A stretch of DNA of 62,210 bases, filler included, from Choristocarpus tenellus KU-1152 (lineage: Eukaryota > Protista > Phaeophyceae): NCBI GenBank assembly GCA_964200185.2. It is 8 parts of 8 records of this genome, joined end to end, with 100 filler letters (N's around TTAATTAATTAA, not from the genome) between each part and the next. Parts side by side here need not be neighbours in the genome. Positions count along the whole stretch, not along the records: positions 41,160 to 54,287 come from CAXNAD020001577.1; positions 54,388 to 57,081 come from CAXNAD020025593.1; positions 57,182 to 62,210 come from CAXNAD020012114.1; 5 more parts are not named here. One strand, given 5' to 3'. Shown here piece after piece: positions 48,722 through 60,692 of the stretch (the stretch's first letter is position 1; every line of letters starts with the position of its first letter). The translations under genes and the position numbers were made by a program. Below the pieces are notes generated by a model. The model was not told where the DNA came from and made no database searches. It saw nothing but the letters and a program-made list of their open reading frames with translations.

Positions 48722-51533
48722 TATGAAAAAATAACAATAATAATTATCAATGTAATAAACTAACCTTACGTACATAAGTTTGATGTACCCCCTCACAACA
48801 CTCAAAGTGGTACCACAATTCAACAAAGGAACCTTTTACAATTCTAGAAAATTACCTTTTTCTGCCTTTCTCAGAACCCTTGAAATGCTACCTAGGCTAC
48901 CTCTCAATTGGCTCATACTCCGGAGTATGTGTTACATATATTTTGGTAGTCAGTATGAAGGTTTAACAGGTGTAACATGGTGTTGTATATGTTTGAGCTG
49001 GAGAGTCACAGGCATTACATAAATGATTGCATTTATTTCGTGGTCAGTGTTGCGGGCATAACATGTGTTTTACAATACAGCAAATTGTCCTGTAACATTA
49101 TGTTCTGCTGGAACACCTTGTGTTAAACAATCATTGAAGAAAACGTAATGGTGTGTGAACTTGATTGGATGTTTGAGGGGTGAATCTACCCTGCCACGAA
49201 TTGTCTTATGGGAAAGAAAGCATGCCATCTATGACTGCAAGTCTGCGCGATTCAGAAGAAAACGTGAATTGAGTGCTGGGTGTGCTTCCCACCAAGTGTT
49301 TCCTAACCACTAATTTGGTGATAGAACAAACCACCTTCCAGAGTATGTTTGAATAGCTTGGTGTTCTGTGTCTGCAGGTGTGCTAGAGCACGACTTCTTG
49401 TGTGTGGGTAACTAAGTATTGTCTTGCAAGAGGGCCTCAATGAACCTAGCAAACACTGAGATGGTCTTTTCCCAGCGGGAATATAATTCCACTCCAAGAG
49501 AAGTGCCACTGCTCTGAAGGGAGGAGCCTAGACTGGAAGTACCTGATCGCATTGAAAAGATTCAGAACAGCTATTATGGACTGTGTGAGGACTGTACAAC
49601 GACTGCCTGCAACCAATGAGTTCTTTGACACACCTGAGTTCGACTCCAGTACTTTGTTATGTGGAACAAGTAGTCTCGTTTCAGACATGCATGGCAACAC
49701 TAGCCCAGGAGAAGTAGTCATAGTAATAGTCATAGTAATAGAGATAAATAACTTGTCATGGGGGTGCTATTACATCACAGTACTTTGGAGCGCGTTCAGC
49801 CCTAACACTATGTTGTCCCTGAACACAATGTTATAACGTTACCTTTGTATTGGGGCATAACGTTATGTGAAAATTGCAACATACGTTGCGTATGTTGTGG
49901 ACGGGAGTGTTAGCATTTTACAACTAGAGTTATGGAGTATATATATGTTGTTGTGTGACAGGGATAACATGTTTCATACCTTTTTATTGGATAAGACTGT
50001 AGTACTGTGTGAAATATATGAAAATTTTAAATGGTGTAGGTGAAGTTGTTTAAGTACTGTGAATAGTTAATAAATGTTGGTTTATGGTATATACCTTCTA
50101 CTGTCTTGTAGTCTCAGCCCAAGGAAAGACCATTCCAGCGTGAAAAACAGGTACCTTCTGTGAACTTCTTGCAAACGAATCAGCTAACCTAACACGGGGA
50201 ATTCTTCCCCTACAAGATAAGGAAGGTATTGACACCACTTAAAGAGTCTAGAGGTCATCGTTTGACCTCACAGACGCTCCAACATCAGCCACCTCCCTTA
50301 CAGGAAATTCGTAGGTGTTGCAGAGTTAGTTCCACGATCCCGACGGTGTGGTATTTCTATCTGATAAGTAGGTTGTGTAAGCTATTGTATTTGTTGATGG
50401 TGAGATCCTGGTGGAGAAAGCAATACCAAGTGTCTGTCGAGACTGAAGCTTATGATAGGAAAGACTATTGTGTAGAGTTGTGAAGACTTCCGTTGGGTAC
50501 CTTGTTGCACAGCATGCTGCATCCTCCATGGTATGTGGTAAAAGCTGTCAAGTGGGTTGTTTAGATAATTTTTTTGTCGAATATGTTACATGTTGACGAG
50601 GGGTGGTAGATTTCTTTCATGGGTCCCACATCCCCAGTGTGCAACGTCGTCCAAAAAGGCGTTTGCTTAGATCCCGATATTCGATTCGACCTCCTGCAAT
50701 TGGCATAGTACGCCGCTGAAAGGCATGCCAACTTACACTCCTTTGGACTAGATTGCATGCGAAAGGTAGATGAGGCTATGGTTTATTGAAGCAATTGCAC
50801 GCTTTGCCAGTGCATTTCCCTTTTGTAGTATGGAACGTAATATTGAAGTCCCCAAGATCTCTACCTGCTACATACCGACGTTGTCTACAGTCCATGTAGA
50901 AATTCGTGTAATATATTAGCAAGCAAAACCTCATACTCGGTTGCTTATCCAATGAATGGAAGTTACAAACTAGCTTGATGCTATCACGAAGTTGTTGGTT
51001 TCCCCATGGTGAATTTTGTGCCTAGAGGCGTCGAACCGATTGTGCAACTTCAAGAACCATCAGTGATGAAGGGTGTACAGTTGCATTGGCAATTTGTCTG
51101 CTCTAAATGAGACGCCTCCAGGTACGGCTACACCAGAAGATGGTTTGGTGAAGGGTCTTTCAGAACTCAGGGATGACCTCTCTCATCACCCTTCAATTGA
51201 CCCTTGTCACCACTCTTTCATTCAACTATCAATAACAGCCTGCTGAGCTCAATGCCATCAGAATCCCACAAAGGACAGTGGAGTGCCTCCCACCGGCCAC
51301 CTCTAACCCTCACTGTAGATAAACACGTCAAGTTGGCATGTAGCGGAAATAGGGCTGTAAAAGCACCTTACTTCAAGGTCCTGTACAGAAGGTTTTGGTT
51401 TGTTTAATTGTCCTGAAAGACTGTTAAAGACTGCCGCCTCTCTTTCCCCCATGCTCCTGCCATTGTTTAATTTATCTCATGCTGTGTGCGTGCATGTGTT
51501 GGTTGTGAAGAGCAAAGTTAAATATACTGGAAC

Positions 51534-53707
51534 ATGGAGGGGGAGCACGATCATGGACCAGGACCTGAAGGGAATAGCGTGTTCAAGCAGATACACGAGA
51601 GGTGTGTCTATGCTCTTGTTATAGTGCCCCTTTGATCCCCCACGCATCCATCTGTGGAAATTGTTAAAAAAAACACATTGTTTTTCTACGTCCCTGATAT
51701 AGTTGCAGCGCTATTTTCCTTTAGCACCTGGATGACGTTAGTTGATAACGATAACTTTTGAAATAACTTTTTTTTTTTCTCCTTCAAAGAGGTAATGAAT
51801 ATTCAGCTTCCCATTCTGTTGCTGCAGTAGATAATGTGGTTTGCTCTTTTGTGCTTGTGTTACGCTCCTTGGGTGTTTGCTTCTAACGTATTTTATCACA
51901 AGGACACCATTAATACCCACTACAATTGAACCTCTATCCTTGGAGGTTTTCATATTACTTCCTATTATAGTGCTATCTCAAAAGCAAGCCCCAAGCAAGC
52001 GCTTGCAAGGGTGAATGCCCTTGATCAAGTGATTGACGTTGCTTCTGCCGCCGGGGCAAGCTTGTGTTTTACTGTCTATGTCCTTGGTAGTCAGCATGCA
52101 CTTGTGTGACCCTCCCTGTACCTCAAACTCATTCCACATTGTGGCCTACACTAGAAAAACATGAGTTTTTCACTGCAGCACATCCACCGCCCCAAAGTTG
52201 TGTGTAGGCAGACGCATTGGTATCCTCTATTAGCATGGGACGGAGCGCTGAGGATAGGTTGGCTGCAAAAAAACTTTGAATGGGAAAAAAAAGTGCTACA
52301 AGATGGATTGTTTTTTTTAAAAAAAAGGTTTGATTTAAAAAAAAAACTGTGTTTTGAGCATCTTGAACAAAGTTGAACCGGGTTCGACAGTCGCACCTTG
52401 CGATTACCCTTTTTTATTTTGCTCTTCGAGAGCTTAGGGTTAGGGTTAGGGTTAGGGTTAGGGTTAGGGTTAGTCTCATCACTCATTCTCATTGGAAGTA
52501 ATGTCTCTCTGGTCGATTAGAGTGATGCTTTCGATGGATATTTATTTTTATTTTTTTGCTTTGTTTTTTTGGGGTATTTTTTTAATTTTTGAACCGGTTC
52601 AATCTGCTACTGGTAGTCAGATTCATTGAGAGAGTGGGCTCAAGGTTTAGGTTTAGGGTTAGGGTTAGGGTTAGGGTTAGGCTTGTGTTCTCCGTCCCTC
52701 AGTTGTTGCCGTACCTGTAGTTCAGTACCTGGCGATGACGTATGCCTTTCTGTTCGTTGTTGGACGAAGGGATTTGGATGAGAGAAAGGATGGCGTTTGT
52801 TGCCCAAGGGTGCCTGTGAGCCGAACGATAGGGAATCATTTAACTTTTTTTTTGGCATTGATTTGGTGTGCTTCACTCTCTCTTGGTAGGTAAACAGTTT
52901 TTTTTTAGTGTGGAAGGCAAATAAAATCCATCAAATTCAATTCAGGGGATAGCTTGGCGCGCACTTTATCAGTCAGGCTCTGGGTGAAAGGGTTAGGGTT
53001 ATAGGGTTAGGGTTAGGGTTAGGGTGATGCAAAACCCCTCCGCAAATAATTTTATTTATTTCAAGGGTGCCGAATAAGAAATGGAAAGAGAGAAAATAAC
53101 ATCTCCTTTTTGATGGGTGTGGTTGCCTCTCCCTTCTTTTTCTTGTAAAGGAAGGAGAATTGCCCCCCCCCCCTTCTTTTTCTTTTTCTTTTTCTTGTAG
53201 CAGCAAGTGTATCTTAGGCTTAGACGCATCACATATACAAAGACTCCAAAGGCTGTTAAGGTATGTCACACAAGGTAAGGTAAGGTAAGGTATGTCACAC
53301 AAGGCAAGGTAACATGAGGTACTATCCTTGGTGCTGAAGGGGGGATAATCAGTAGGTAGAGACAGGTCATCGCTTCTTTTTTTTCGCTTTGGTGTGAGTG
53401 CTTTGGAAGCATGATCCTCACAGGTTGTGTTAGTTGTGTTAGTTGTGTTAGTGGTGACATATTTGTTTCTTTTTGAGGGGGGTTAGGGTTAGGGTTAAGT
53501 CTCTTTTCCCTGCAGCAGCATCCCCCCTCCCCCAGCTAGAAATGGTCAAGCCTGATACCTTTCTTCTCTCTTTTTTTTTTCAGGGATGTCCGACCATGGC
53601 TGGATCTGATTGATGAGCTAAGGTCGCACGGTATATCGCAGGATCTTCCCCTTCCACAGATAGCTGTAATGGGTGACCAGAGCTGTGGGAAGTCTAGCGT
53701 GCTAGAG
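51534..53707 (+). CDS. Mx-like dynamin-superfamily GTPase, 5' partial; exons 51534-51601, 51971-52055, 52208-52257, 53584-53707
   Basis: Exon 53584-53707 encodes [41 protein letters not shown], the G1 P-loop preceded by the Mx-type VRPxxDLIDxLR helix. Three upstream exons join in phase from a good-context ATG (aacATGG). The upstream exons are less certain than the P-loop exon. Confidence 0.85.
52434..53497 (+). repeat. Cluster of interstitial telomere-like (TTAGGG)n tracts within an Mx-like intron: 52434-52473, 52644-52681, 52989-53025, 53480-53497 (short tract also at 42935-42953)
   Basis: Read directly from the sequence; all tracts are in the same orientation. Confidence 0.9.
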
Positions 53708-54387
53708 GTGTGACATGTGCTTTTTATAGTCAGTTGTACTGATGTAGTTTATAGTCAGTTGTACTGATGTAGTGTGCTTTGTCGATTGTATGCCAGCTGG
53801 GAGTTTATTGTATGTAAGAGGGCGTTGTTGCTTGTGTAAGGGCAAATGTGACCCTGTTGTAACCGTTGATGTTGATGCAACTGCCAATATGCTGTGTTTT
53901 GTAGCACGCAAAGAGGCTGAAGAGAAGAGAAGAGCACTATTTTATTTTATAGTCATAGTAGTAGCGTGAGTACTACTTGATAACTAACCTTTTAATAATA
54001 GTAGTAGTAGTAGTAGCGAGGGGGTATGGGGCTGGTGCATGAAAGATCTGTTTTGTAGTCTTTTATCTGTGAGATGTTTGAAATATGTTCCTGTTTGTCT
54101 CACGCGTGCAGGAGATATTTAAATATATAATATCTATTATTTTATTTATCTATTGTTGTTACAGTTACATTTTTCTTTATTGCCTTACAAAATAATACGA
54201 TATAGTGCTCCTCCAGAGTTCTTGCAGTGAGAGCAGGTCCCCTCCCTTCCCCCTCCCCCCCCTCCCTCCCTCCCCAACAAATGACGTNNNNNNNNNNNNN
54301 NNNNNNNNNNNNNNNNNNNNNNNNNNNNNNNTTAATTAATTAANNNNNNNNNNNNNNNNNNNNNNNNNNNNNNNNNNNNNNNNNNNN

Positions 54388-56942
54388 CCCCCCAACTTCC
54401 TCATGCTTGCCATCCATGTGAGTAGTACTTCCCCCCACCAATGCCCTCCCCCTAGTAATGCGCTCTCTCTGACGAGCACTGCAGTTCCCTTCAATTTGCC
54501 TGTTTGCCGCGCCTCCGAAGGTGAAGGGACCAAACCTGCAATTGTCAGAACCACACGAACCCCCCAGTCCCCCTCGAAAGGACCAGGGTGTAAGTTCCTT
54601 CATCACTGCATTCTGATTCAGAAAGTCAATGTCCTGTGTTTTTGGGAGGGCCAGTGGGAGGCAGGGCAGGGGAGGCAAGTGAGGAGGGGGAAGCCTGCAT
54701 TGCTCCTGCGTTGCTACTTGTTCTTCCCCTGGGGGGCATTTTGATGTCACTCCCCACTGCACTACAACAGGACCTGATTTACAAATTATGGAACCTGAGG
54801 GTCTGCCGATGTGATATATGTACACTGTATTCCCCTTCTACTCATGAGTTGAATATCTACTTAACAGCAGCGACAATACCCAGTACTTCAGTACTGTAAC
54901 GTATTCTGTATCCCTTTCTCCTGTACCACAGGCATCCCCTCTGGTTCTATGGTGGTGCCACCAAAAAACACTGCCTTACCTTGTCAGTATCTAGGGGAAT
55001 AACTCTAAACACCAATTTTATGTTACAACATAGTGGAGACCCTCAAAGAATTTGAGAAAACAACCATGTCGATTATAGGACTTTAATTAATTTTGATCGC
55101 ATCACGTGCAATCAAATAACTCGAGCGCTCACCAGCAGGAGTCACCATTTGCTTCTAAAGTTGAGCACCCATGTCCACTCTTACAAGGATTCCCAGTACT
55201 TTGAGAGGCATGCCACTTTGTAAAAAAAAAAAACCGATTCAAGTGACTGCACATACATTGGAGCATACTTGAGCACATTAGACAGCATAGTCTGTAAGGT
55301 ATCCTCAGAAGTCCACCATTGTAAATGACAGAAGACAACAATTCCCATTCGAGGCAGGTATGTGTGAGCTTTCTGTCAACCCTAACCCAAAAAACAACCC
55401 CCCAAAGGTAGATAATGTTATGGGCTATGCACCCTTCAGAGAGAGGAGACCAAGAAAAATTCAATAGGGATGAAAGTAACAGACCAGTGATTCCCCTACA
55501 AGGTCTGTGGAGCCTCTAGGGGATTATACTTCATGATGCTGGAAAAATTTGTAACAAGCTGTGTTGGGGGCTTAGTACTCCTGCAATACATGGCACACAT
55601 GAAGTAGATCATTTTGGAAGAATCCTGAAATATCCTGTACTATCTATAAACTATTATTATTTCCACAGTTGTAGAACCCCTTTTTTCTATGGGTCCCAAT
55701 ATTAAAAAAAAGTATGCCTAAAAAAAAAAGTAATTTATTCAGGACACATCCACTACAAAGTATGGTATGGCATAGCGGTGGTGACTAAATGGTGTGATAC
55801 GGTAAACCAGGGGCGGTATGTTGTATGCTCAAGTCTTTACCTCCTCCTTGTGTATTTCAGACATGTGTGACTGAGACTTGAGGAGGTGCTAGACATCCTC
55901 CTTACACAATCCCCTATCCCCAGCTAAAATTTTACTGGAGTCTTAAAAAGAGTGGAGATGGGGGTGAATACACAACACCTCTTCTCTTCTCCTATAGGGC
56001 AGTCTTCTTTTTCTCGACAGTGGATCTTAGCTGCAAACCTTTTGATATCTTACTTCTTTTATGGCAATGTACTCACAATTAAGCCAATGTGGATGAACGT
56101 ACACAACGATACCTAATACAGCAGTGAATGATAGAACTAATTTCAATCTTTCATCTTGAAAACTGCTACATCTTACGCCCCCCACCCCCACCCTGGCTCC
56201 CCTCCAATGTCACCCAGCAAGAGTCTTGCATGCACCACACCATTCCTCATACTCTACAAATGCCCTACAGATATCAGCCATTGTACCAATTGAACACAAC
56301 AACTTGGGCACACCCCAAAACTCATTCCCACACTTTGCTCTGACCCAATACGACCAATACCAATTATCAAAACCCCCTCCATCCCCATCTTCTTGCAACC
56401 TCCACCACATATTTGTCTCATCAGCCACTGACAACTCACTCCCCGAACACGAAATCAGTTATCCACCAAAATCTCACCCTAACCCTACCTCACACCTGTT
56501 TCTGCTCGTGGTTTTTGTCTAGGAAAAAAGTTCCAGGAGAGTCCCTGACAACATCCCCACAGCCACCAGGCAAGCCCTTCTTGCCTCCCCTTCCCCCCCC
56601 CGTCACCATCTCTACCCCATAGGTGTACACCTGCATGGCCTCTGCAAAACCTCCCAGGGTAGTTGAAGTAACACCTCGATTCTCCTTGCCAGACAGGCGG
56701 CACCTCTGATGGGGGCGGTTCCTCAACCAGTCCATCAGCGGTTGCCTCACTGGGTCAAATACACCCTCCAGGATTGTGAACACCCGCTCTTTGCGGCACT
56801 CATCCACCTTCTCTAGCAACTCCTCAGGTCCCAGCTGCAGGCAGTCCTCTCGTGTGAAGCGTGCCAGTCTGAACCCTGACTCAGCGATGAGCTCCGGGAC
56901 TAAATATGGTTGCAGGGCTTCCGACGGTCTGCTGATATCAAG
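54388..56942 (-). CDS. Internal exons of an unknown protein, possibly JmjC-domain; exons 56942-56496 and 54633-<54388
   Basis: A 447-bp open exon with AG/GT ends joins in phase 0 to DIDFLNQNAVMKELTPWSF...GPFTFGGAAN...GGSTTHMDG. The spacing of FFLDK / P-F / FTFGG / HxD loosely follows JmjC. The exon calls are better supported than the domain call. Confidence 0.5.
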
Positions 56943-57010
56943 CTAAATGAGTGAGGCAAGGCAAGGGGATTTGAGAGGTGTGGGTGGGCGGTTTTACAGT
57001 TGTGGAGGGT

Positions 57011-57041
<31 letters not shown>

Positions 57042-57432
57042 AAAAGAGGAGGGGGGGGGGGGGGGGGGGGGAGGAAGAGGGNNNNNNNNNNNNNNNNNNN
57101 NNNNNNNNNNNNNNNNNNNNNNNNNTTAATTAATTAANNNNNNNNNNNNNNNNNNNNNNNNNNNNNNNNNNNNNNNNNNNNGCAGAATAGGGATGGCGAT
57201 GACAAAACAGCACAAGCACAGAAGTAGGAGGTGGATGTGAAGGGTGGGGAAAATTCAATGTTCTGGAGGAGAGACATGTGGGGGGGGAGGGTATTACAAC
57301 CCCCTGATCCCAAAATTTCTACAATGCCGGCATCCATACATCGTCTTTCAATGGATTTTAGCAGAGTAGGAAATTGTTGATCCTCACACACAAAATATTT
57401 GTCCCAACTCAACGTTTGATGTGTGACACAGG

Positions 57433-60400
57433 TCTTTTCCAATACCCTTGCCTCCATTGGCAGAGATAAAACAAAGTTGACTCAGAAAATAGAAATTCCT
57501 GTTGACATTATGAAGAAGATAGTAGGAAGAGAAGATGGTGATGGAAATGGGCAGCCTGAGAGAAAGGGGCACACAAAGCAGGAGTCCAAGGCGCATGGAT
57601 GCACTGCTGACTGTGTCACAGGCACTACCTCATCAGGTCACAATACGCTGAGGACGTTTCTGGAATCTCGGGGGCTTCCAGATTCAACGTCAAAGCTGTT
57701 GCAGTTTATTGCAGGGCAGGTAAGGGGTGATGGAAGGGAGATGAAGGCAGCTCAAGGGAATTATCAGGCAATAGATGCTGCTGGTTGTGGGCTAAATGCA
57801 CCGGGTGCAGGAACATCTGGAGCATTGTTTCTCGACATCTTGAAAATGACATCAGCACTGAACATATCAACTACAGGGACACCTTCGGCATTAGGCTATG
57901 GAAATGAGAACACAGCAGTCCCAGCAGGTGAGGAGAGCATGAAGAACTCCACAACCCTTGAACATCACAACCAGCCCAGATCTGTTGAGAGGTGTGAAAC
58001 CTCACCAGTATCAAAAGCAACTCACAGAAGGCCCTGGAAAACAGAACCCCCTCACAAAACAGTTGGGGGTGGTGTGAAAGGAGTCACAATTATGGAATCA
58101 TCAGGAACGTGGCAAGAAGCGGCATCACCGTCAAGACCTCACGATTCGTTAAGCACAGGGGCAGGGAGTTCAAAAATTTTGTCTTGTCCCCAAATGCCAT
58201 CTGAGGGTTGTGCTACTACTTTGGGATACTCCGTCCATAGAAGAAGTGGCAGCCTGCCAGCTCACATGAAGGACACTGAAGATCACAGGGAGATGTGCAA
58301 GCAGTCAGATATATCTAGCTCCAGTCAACTGGGGATTGGGCAGCAAGGGTCACAAAATAAGATACACACAAGGGCGTCATCACTGGGTTCCAGGGTGGTG
58401 CCCTATAAACCACTACACATTGACCAAAAGCAGGCAAGGCGGACACAAGAGTACACCAACTTGTTTTTTGCTACACTATCTTGTTCTTCTAGGAGATGCC
58501 ATCGCTACCACTCTAATGCATTTTGATCTTTCGTTTTGGGGCGTAAAAATATACCCCCAGAAGCGATATGAAGAGTTCAATGCAAGAAACAAAAGATACA
58601 GGAATCGGATACTCCACTCCATGCTCTTCTGTGCAATCCATGGTCACCACTGCCCTGTTCTCCATTTTGCCTCTTCTAGTGCCCCTGTTAACATATATAT
58701 ATATATATATATATATCTTACATACTCCAGGCTAAGGAGTTTATTCCTAGGAAGGGTCTTCCACCATGGCGAACAGGGGCACCAGGAGAGCCAGGCTGGC
58801 TTCCCATCCAAAACTACTGCTACATCTTCATGCATGATAAGAAAAACTATTTGAACGAGGTACAGTTTACCATAATAGGCTACTCACAATAAGCGCACGC
58901 AAGCGTCTTGGATCAATATGTTGATAACTCTCAACACCCCATCATAGAATCCAGATACTTTGGAGTACAAAACAAGACTAGAATCTCCTCATTACAGCAC
59001 GGTACCTACCACATCTCCTACACATATTGTGAGTATTATTTGTTTCTCCACACACTGCCGAGCAGATTGCAGCGAAATTTGCTGGGTATTATGACTATTA
59101 CCTGAAGTATGGTAAAAAAAAGATACTAAAGGTGTGTGTGCATGTGTGTGTACTTTCTAATAGTAGAGACTACTCAGAGTGCTTCATGTAGTGCTCCAGA
59201 GCACTTAAAGTTTGAAATGTGCAGTAAAGTCAATGGCAGTGAGTCCACTGCTGAGATTTAGTGCTGCACTACTGAATCACAACCGATCACCAAGGAAAAT
59301 CAACAGTACCCGTGCTATTCCCTGCATGTTAAATGCCTCTTCTCATTCACTATCCTCTGACCCAGGTGTGGAGACCTACAATTCCTGCATCATCCTTCAA
59401 CTTTCGCCTTCCATTATCATCTGCATTTGCTTGTATTGATCTCCCACCTGCCCCTCCTTGCCTTTAATGGCCTCTCATCCCCAGAAGTAAACAATAAACC
59501 TATCTATATCCCTAAGAAGAATGATATCACGCATACTAGCAATAGTGCAATGTTTTCGACATACCATGCATGTGTCAAAGAAAGTATATTTCAGGGTTGA
59601 GCTTTGTACAAGAATTAGCTCTTTCCACTAACTCAGAATTTCAGGTCCATCAGGATCAAGTGCCGTTCCTCCTTACTACCTCTTTCTAAGCTCTGTTTAA
59701 TAAACTGACGACCCGAGACTTTGCTGTGGCACCAATCAAATACTTCCATCCTCCTTCGGTCCTTACCTCTCACCCAAAACCATCAGGTATGCAGCAAGAC
59801 CGTCACCAACAATCGCACATCGATACAGAGGCCTACAGATACTCAGGACAATGCCCTATCCTCAACAACAGAGACAAAAGAGGGGAGAAGAATTAAAGCC
59901 TCACACATACAACCCTCACACACAGTGACCAGTAGAGAACGCCCAACAAGTGCTGCACCGCTGGACCGCCACATTAAAGAGGCCAGTATCTCTAGACCAA
60001 GTACAGTGGGAACTAAAGGAAACTCCTTACGGAAGAGGAGACAACTAGGTCGCTCAATTTCACTACCCGTAAAATCCAAGCAGTCCAAGGCATGGTATCC
60101 TCACACTGGCAGATCTACTAAGGATAGTGTCTTTCTTGAGAGAAGCAATGGCTTAGACCAAAGCAGCAACAAAAATAGTGTCGGCAACAGACTGTGCAGG
60201 CTGCAAGATCATTTCAACCACAACCACATGCAATGGGCACAGGACACTCACGGTCCACCTTTGTCACTGAAAGCAGCAGCAGCTGAAGGACAACTACAAT
60301 TGGCAAACCCTCAACTACAAAAGGCAAGGAGCACCACTTCGAGACAGTGCACAATCAATAAATACACTCTGTTCTTCCCCCCTCAGCATCACGCACCTAG

Positions 60401-60692
60401 GGTCAAATACATCCAGCAGACGAGCAGTGCCACACAATGCTCCACACAGTCTGCCTCACACTCGGTCTCACCACAGCACTACAGACACGCCAGCATCATT
60501 ATTGATGGCAACACCGTTGATTCTCAAAAGTGCCACTCTTCCTCCAACCTGGGATACTTCCGCAAAACACAGGCCCCTCTTAACCCCCCAGTGCGACATC
60601 CACGATTGTCCTCAGCAACAAGGACTGCAGGAGGGCGGAGGGGCAACCACCACGGCCAACTTGCAGCCATGATGCGTACTGTGCAGTGCTGA
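57433..60692 (+). CDS. 3' part of an unknown Ser/Thr/Gln-rich, probably disordered protein; candidate exons 57433-~58450, 58561-58642, 58731-58859, 59787-60692
   Basis: Two long ORFs (367 and 323 aa) each have a CAG acceptor near their start. They are bridged by small phase-compatible exons (e.g. AKEFIPRKGLPPWRTGAPGEPGWLPIQNYCYIFMHDKKNYLNE). No domain recognised. Confidence 0.55.
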
